Assembly: GCA_024704765.1 (NCBI GenBank)
Contig: JAKMXF010000336.1
Location: forward strand, 124,001-188,000
From: Oopsacas minuta
Lineage: Eukaryota; Animalia; Porifera
Reading direction: 5' to 3'
DNA length: 64,000 bases
Shown here: one piece after another, positions 60,424-64,000 of the stretch
How the letters are laid out: each line of letters starts with the position of its first letter
Numbering within the stretch: position 1 is the stretch's first letter
The notes under the pieces: generated by a model
Database searches by the model: none
Told to the model about the DNA's origin: nothing
Seen by the model: the letters and a program-made list of their open reading frames with translations, nothing else
Program-made: the position numbers and the translations under genes

Positions 60424-62451
60424 ATGAAGAAGACAGGCAATATATGTCTGTTGTTGGGTTTAGTGATATGTTTGTATTGTTATGTTGAGGTTGAGATGTC
60501 GGATTGTAATAATGGAGCAGGATATTGTGATTTTTATAGTAGCTATCTCAGGTGTTACATATCCAATAATGAAACGCAGTTTGTCAAGAGTTTGTTAAGC
60601 TACTGTAGCGGTCAGAGCACAGCATTTGTTTCAATATATGTGTACAAAAACTACGTATCAACAGCATACGGGAATCTAATTATTGATATAGAATTAGCCT
60701 CAAATATCCAATATTTACGCATTTACAATTACGAAGATCAAGATAATATTCGTTTAACTACATCTAGTCAAAATACTGGATTAACGAGGATAGGTGTTAG
60801 TAGTAGCTATCACATCCAGCTCGAGTCTGGTAACTTTTTCAATTACTTCACAAGTCTAAAATCTATCTCCATGGGTTATTGTATTACAATAGAAACACCA
60901 TCTTTCACAAATCTACAATATCTAACTTATCTCTACGTTAGAATAGGTTCGTCCACGCGTACATTTGATAACACAATCGTTAGAGGATTATCAAACTTAA
61001 TTTATCTAAGGTTCCCTAACTCGGGTATCAGTAGCATAACTAAAGGAGCATTTGATGGCTTGAACTCGTTAACATATCTGAGCTTTGAAGACAATAAATT
61101 AAGTATTATTGAGGATGGTACATTTAGTGAACTCTCAAGTCTGGAAAGACTCTATCTTCAAAATAATGGAATAAAGATTATATCAAATATTGTTTTCGAA
61201 GGTTTAACTGAACTGACAGAACTGAGATTAGATGAGAATCCAGGATTTCCTATTGAAGCATTGATACATACAAGATCTCTAAGGTCTCTTGAATATGTAA
61301 ACTTACAGTACAATGATTATCATACTCTAGACCCATATGTATTCCAGCAATTGAAATTACTAAGCCGCATATATTTAAACAACCCGTTCATCTGCGACTG
61401 TAGATTACAATGGACGTCAATTGTATCGCAATATGGGATAAATATATATAATGGATTATGTTCTGAACCAAACAATTTCCTCCTAAAGTATATTACTAAT
61501 CCACAGTTGTATACAAATTGCTCACAAACAGAATCTTATCAATGCTTTGACAAGTCTATAACCTGTCCAAGTAATCAAGTATGTCATAATACACAAGATG
61601 GTTACCTTTGTAGTTGTCCAAGAGGATATTCACTGCATAATTCAGGAGAATGTAGAGACTTCGATGAATGTGATGAGGAAACTGAATGCGAGCATACCTG
61701 TGTCAACACCGAAGGTTCATACCATTGTGGATGTGAAGAAGGATACAAGCTAGCTACTAATGGATATGACTGTGAAGATGTTAATGAGTGTCAGGAATTG
61801 AATGGAGGATGTCAGTTTGGTTGTAGAAATTCCATAGGTTCATATCAGTGTTTTTGTGAGTATGGACACAAACTGTATAACGAAACTCAATGTGCGGAAA
61901 GTATAGAGTGTGAATTAATGGGAGATGATTGCATTAATCCTATAGAGAGTGGTTATATTTGCAAAGGAGGGTTCAATCTATCGATCTTTAACCTTTCTTG
62001 CCCGAACGTGAATTCGCAAGAGAACATTCCACAAAATAACACAATACACCAATCTTGCGAATCAGCAACTACATTTAGACCAGTACAAACACCTACACAG
62101 ACCAAATGGGAATTTCTACCATTAGCTGTTGTTGGTATTTCTTTCGTTTTCAACATTTTTACAACAATTGTAATAATCACACTATTAATTATAATAATTT
62201 ACATCGTCAGGAAGTCAAAGAATAAGACAAGTAATCCATCTGACAAGGACACAAAAACACAAATGAAACTAAAGTATTTCAACAATGAATCGATCTATAA
62301 TTCTATTGATGAACAACCACAAGCAGATAACTCGAGAAACACAGCAGCATTTGAAGCAAGTCCAATGCTAGGGAAATATCAAAATCTTGCAGTACCTCAG
62401 AGTTATCCTGCTAAATTACAAGATGAAACTGCAGACTATCAGACTTTGTAA
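60424..62451 (+). CDS. LRR-EGF-TM receptor, paralog 2, intronless
   Basis: Same architecture; tail contains SIYNSI, KYQNL, DYQTL. Confidence 0.9.
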   Translation: MKKTGNICLLLGLVICLYCYVEVEMSDCNNGAGYCDFYSSYLRCYISNNETQFVKSLLSYCSGQSTAFVSIYVYKNYVSTAYGNLIIDIELASNIQYLRIYNYEDQDNIRLTTSSQNTGLTRIGVSSSYHIQLESGNFFNYFTSLKSISMGYCITIETPSFTNLQYLTYLYVRIGSSTRTFDNTIVRGLSNLIYLRFPNSGISSITKGAFDGLNSLTYLSFEDNKLSIIEDGTFSELSSLERLYLQNNGIKIISNIVFEGLTELTELRLDENPGFPIEALIHTRSLRSLEYVNLQYNDYHTLDPYVFQQLKLLSRIYLNNPFICDCRLQWTSIVSQYGINIYNGLCSEPNNFLLKYITNPQLYTNCSQTESYQCFDKSITCPSNQVCHNTQDGYLCSCPRGYSLHNSGECRDFDECDEETECEHTCVNTEGSYHCGCEEGYKLATNGYDCEDVNECQELNGGCQFGCRNSIGSYQCFCEYGHKLYNETQCAESIECELMGDDCINPIESGYICKGGFNLSIFNLSCPNVNSQENIPQNNTIHQSCESATTFRPVQTPTQTKWEFLPLAVVGISFVFNIFTTIVIITLLIIIIYIVRKSKNKTSNPSDKDTKTQMKLKYFNNESIYNSIDEQPQADNSRNTAAFEASPMLGKYQNLAVPQSYPAKLQDETADYQTL

Positions 62452-64000
62452 TACCGCCAAGTTTCTCAAAGCTTTTACTGACATTAGTTTATTGAACAGG
62501 ACTAAACTATAGGTTTGTCCTCATAGTGTGATTACATAGGTCTCCACAGTATTGTATATTTGCTAGGTTTACTCTTGGATTTGAGTTCTTATATTTAATT
62601 CCTGAATTAGCCAGGCAGTATTGTGAGTGATTTATCATTAATTGTGTATAATTGCCTCGGGATTAATGTAATAACAATACTAATAGGTAGAAACTAATAA
62701 TTCCAATGTTAATAGTATTTAGTGCCAGTGATGACAAAAGATTTATTGAAATCAGTGTTCCTTCTAACTTTCGGGGCAGTACTTTAATGGTGTTGTCAAT
62801 AATCTGGTAGGTACTGACAATATTGTGATGAACTCGGACAAATATCCTGGGATCGAACAGATTTATGCAAAATTTCGAGGGAACTCTGACTGAGATTGGA
62901 AGGATTTTACCCGGAGTATGAGAGCAGTGGCAAACCGCCAGCGATTATGAAACCAGCAAGGTTTGGCAAATATCGTCTTGTTTTTCAAATTTACGCAGAA
63001 TTACATCCAACTACGCTGTATTAGTTTCTGTGATAATTATCAAACTAGATACACCCAAAACTGGGTTTCGATACTCCTTGGGTAGCGGTTCCCAACTTTT
63101 TTCACCCATAGACTCCCGTATACCAATTTAAACTCATTATGTAGAGTCTAGACCCTCTCCCATAGATTACAATACAAATTTTGAGATCCTGTGGATCCTT
63201 GCTGTCGTTTGGATCATCAAGGGGTCTCGCTTTTATGGATATATGTCGAGGATCAATGAGGCTAATGTCACGCCAAAACTTCCAAAACCCTTAATTGCCC
63301 AGTTTTCTGTAGTCCAGTCTAATCGAAATATGCTACGTCCCGCCATGTCCCGCAAAATTTGTGTCATCCATCCAGTTTTTTTCTTCACTCAGGTTGGCAA
63401 GTATGAATACACAGCTGTCTATAGATGATCACTCATTAAATTCCATATTTATACTAAAATATTCTCACAAATAATTCCTTTCTGAGAATTATTTTGGAAA
63501 CGAAGACACTGAGAACATCTCAAGGGACATTGGGGGTAAGGATTTCTGCCTCATCCAATCATATGCTTACTGTTCTAACCCAATTAGTGTATAGAAATTG
63601 GTGGCTTCTAAATTCTTGAGTTGAATACATTCTTTATATGGTATTATTACTGTGCTCATGTTTAGCTTCCCAGAGAAATAGATATTTAAGAATATCCATC
63701 ATATTTACAGAAATATTCACGTCCCACAGGCGCCGAACCAGTGGGGGCTCGAATCCCCCCTCGATTAATTGCAGCCCCATAGAGCTAATACAAAGAATAT
63801 GTGTGAGCCATCTGGATAGTGCAACCCTGATAAGTACCGGTATGAGATGAATTAATTTGTATAATTTGCAGAACATTGTGGCTAGATAAACACATCATGT
63901 GACGCTATTAGAAATACAATGAAATAGGATATTGTATTGAATAATATCTCATCATTATATATGCAGCAAGCTATGTAAATTGAAGAAACTGAAGAAGTAA

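Larger units (their letters stand above)
55010..64000 (+). repeat. Tandem ~3.65-3.7-kb duplication array (two complete units and the upstream part of a third)
   Basis: tgtattagtttctgtgataatt at ~55688, 59332, 63018; spacers alignable throughout. Third ATG predicted at ~64.1 kb. Confidence 0.92.

Noticed and set aside
55848-63876. ORFs repeated in each tandem spacer (MSRVNEANVTPKLPK..., MFCKLYKL...)
   Set aside because: Openness is expected from very recent duplication; no coding signature or known motif.

Overview
AT-rich eukaryotic (animal) genomic DNA with GT-AG introns and many DNA-transposon remnants; no prokaryotic features. The gene content (NHL-propeller expansion, FEX, intronless LRR-EGF receptors) resembles a glass sponge such as Oopsacas, which is an inference. 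The left half (1-30 kb) is a rearranged duplication field. It holds six intact, single-exon, propeller-only NHL genes in both orientations, plus several NHL remnants. All six share an indel-free, nearly identical ~200-bp 5' block, while their blade-top residues are hypervariable. The amplified unit also carries an antisense epoxide-hydrolase-like pseudogene, the eIF3a upstream region and, in one 4-kb inverted duplication, eIF3a exon 1. The right half holds eIF3a (3 exons), a FEX fluoride exporter, a coiled-coil+NHL gene with one nonsense codon, a near-complete Tc1 element, a 7TM-like orphan, a DUF1917 gene, three tandem Pro/Gln-rich Cys-tailed membrane peptides, cytosolic HSP90 (6 coding exons, three HSEs) and a ~3.7-kb tandem array of LRR-EGF-TM receptors. 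The LRR paralogs differ mainly on the concave LRR face and in cytoplasmic Tyr motifs. Best candidates for an undescribed system: two diversifying recognition repertoires (cytosolic NHL propellers with an invariant leader cassette; paired LRR-EGF receptors). There is also a possible trans-splicing signature (strong acceptor 0-14 nt before the ATG in five unrelated gene families). All alignments and identities were judged by eye.
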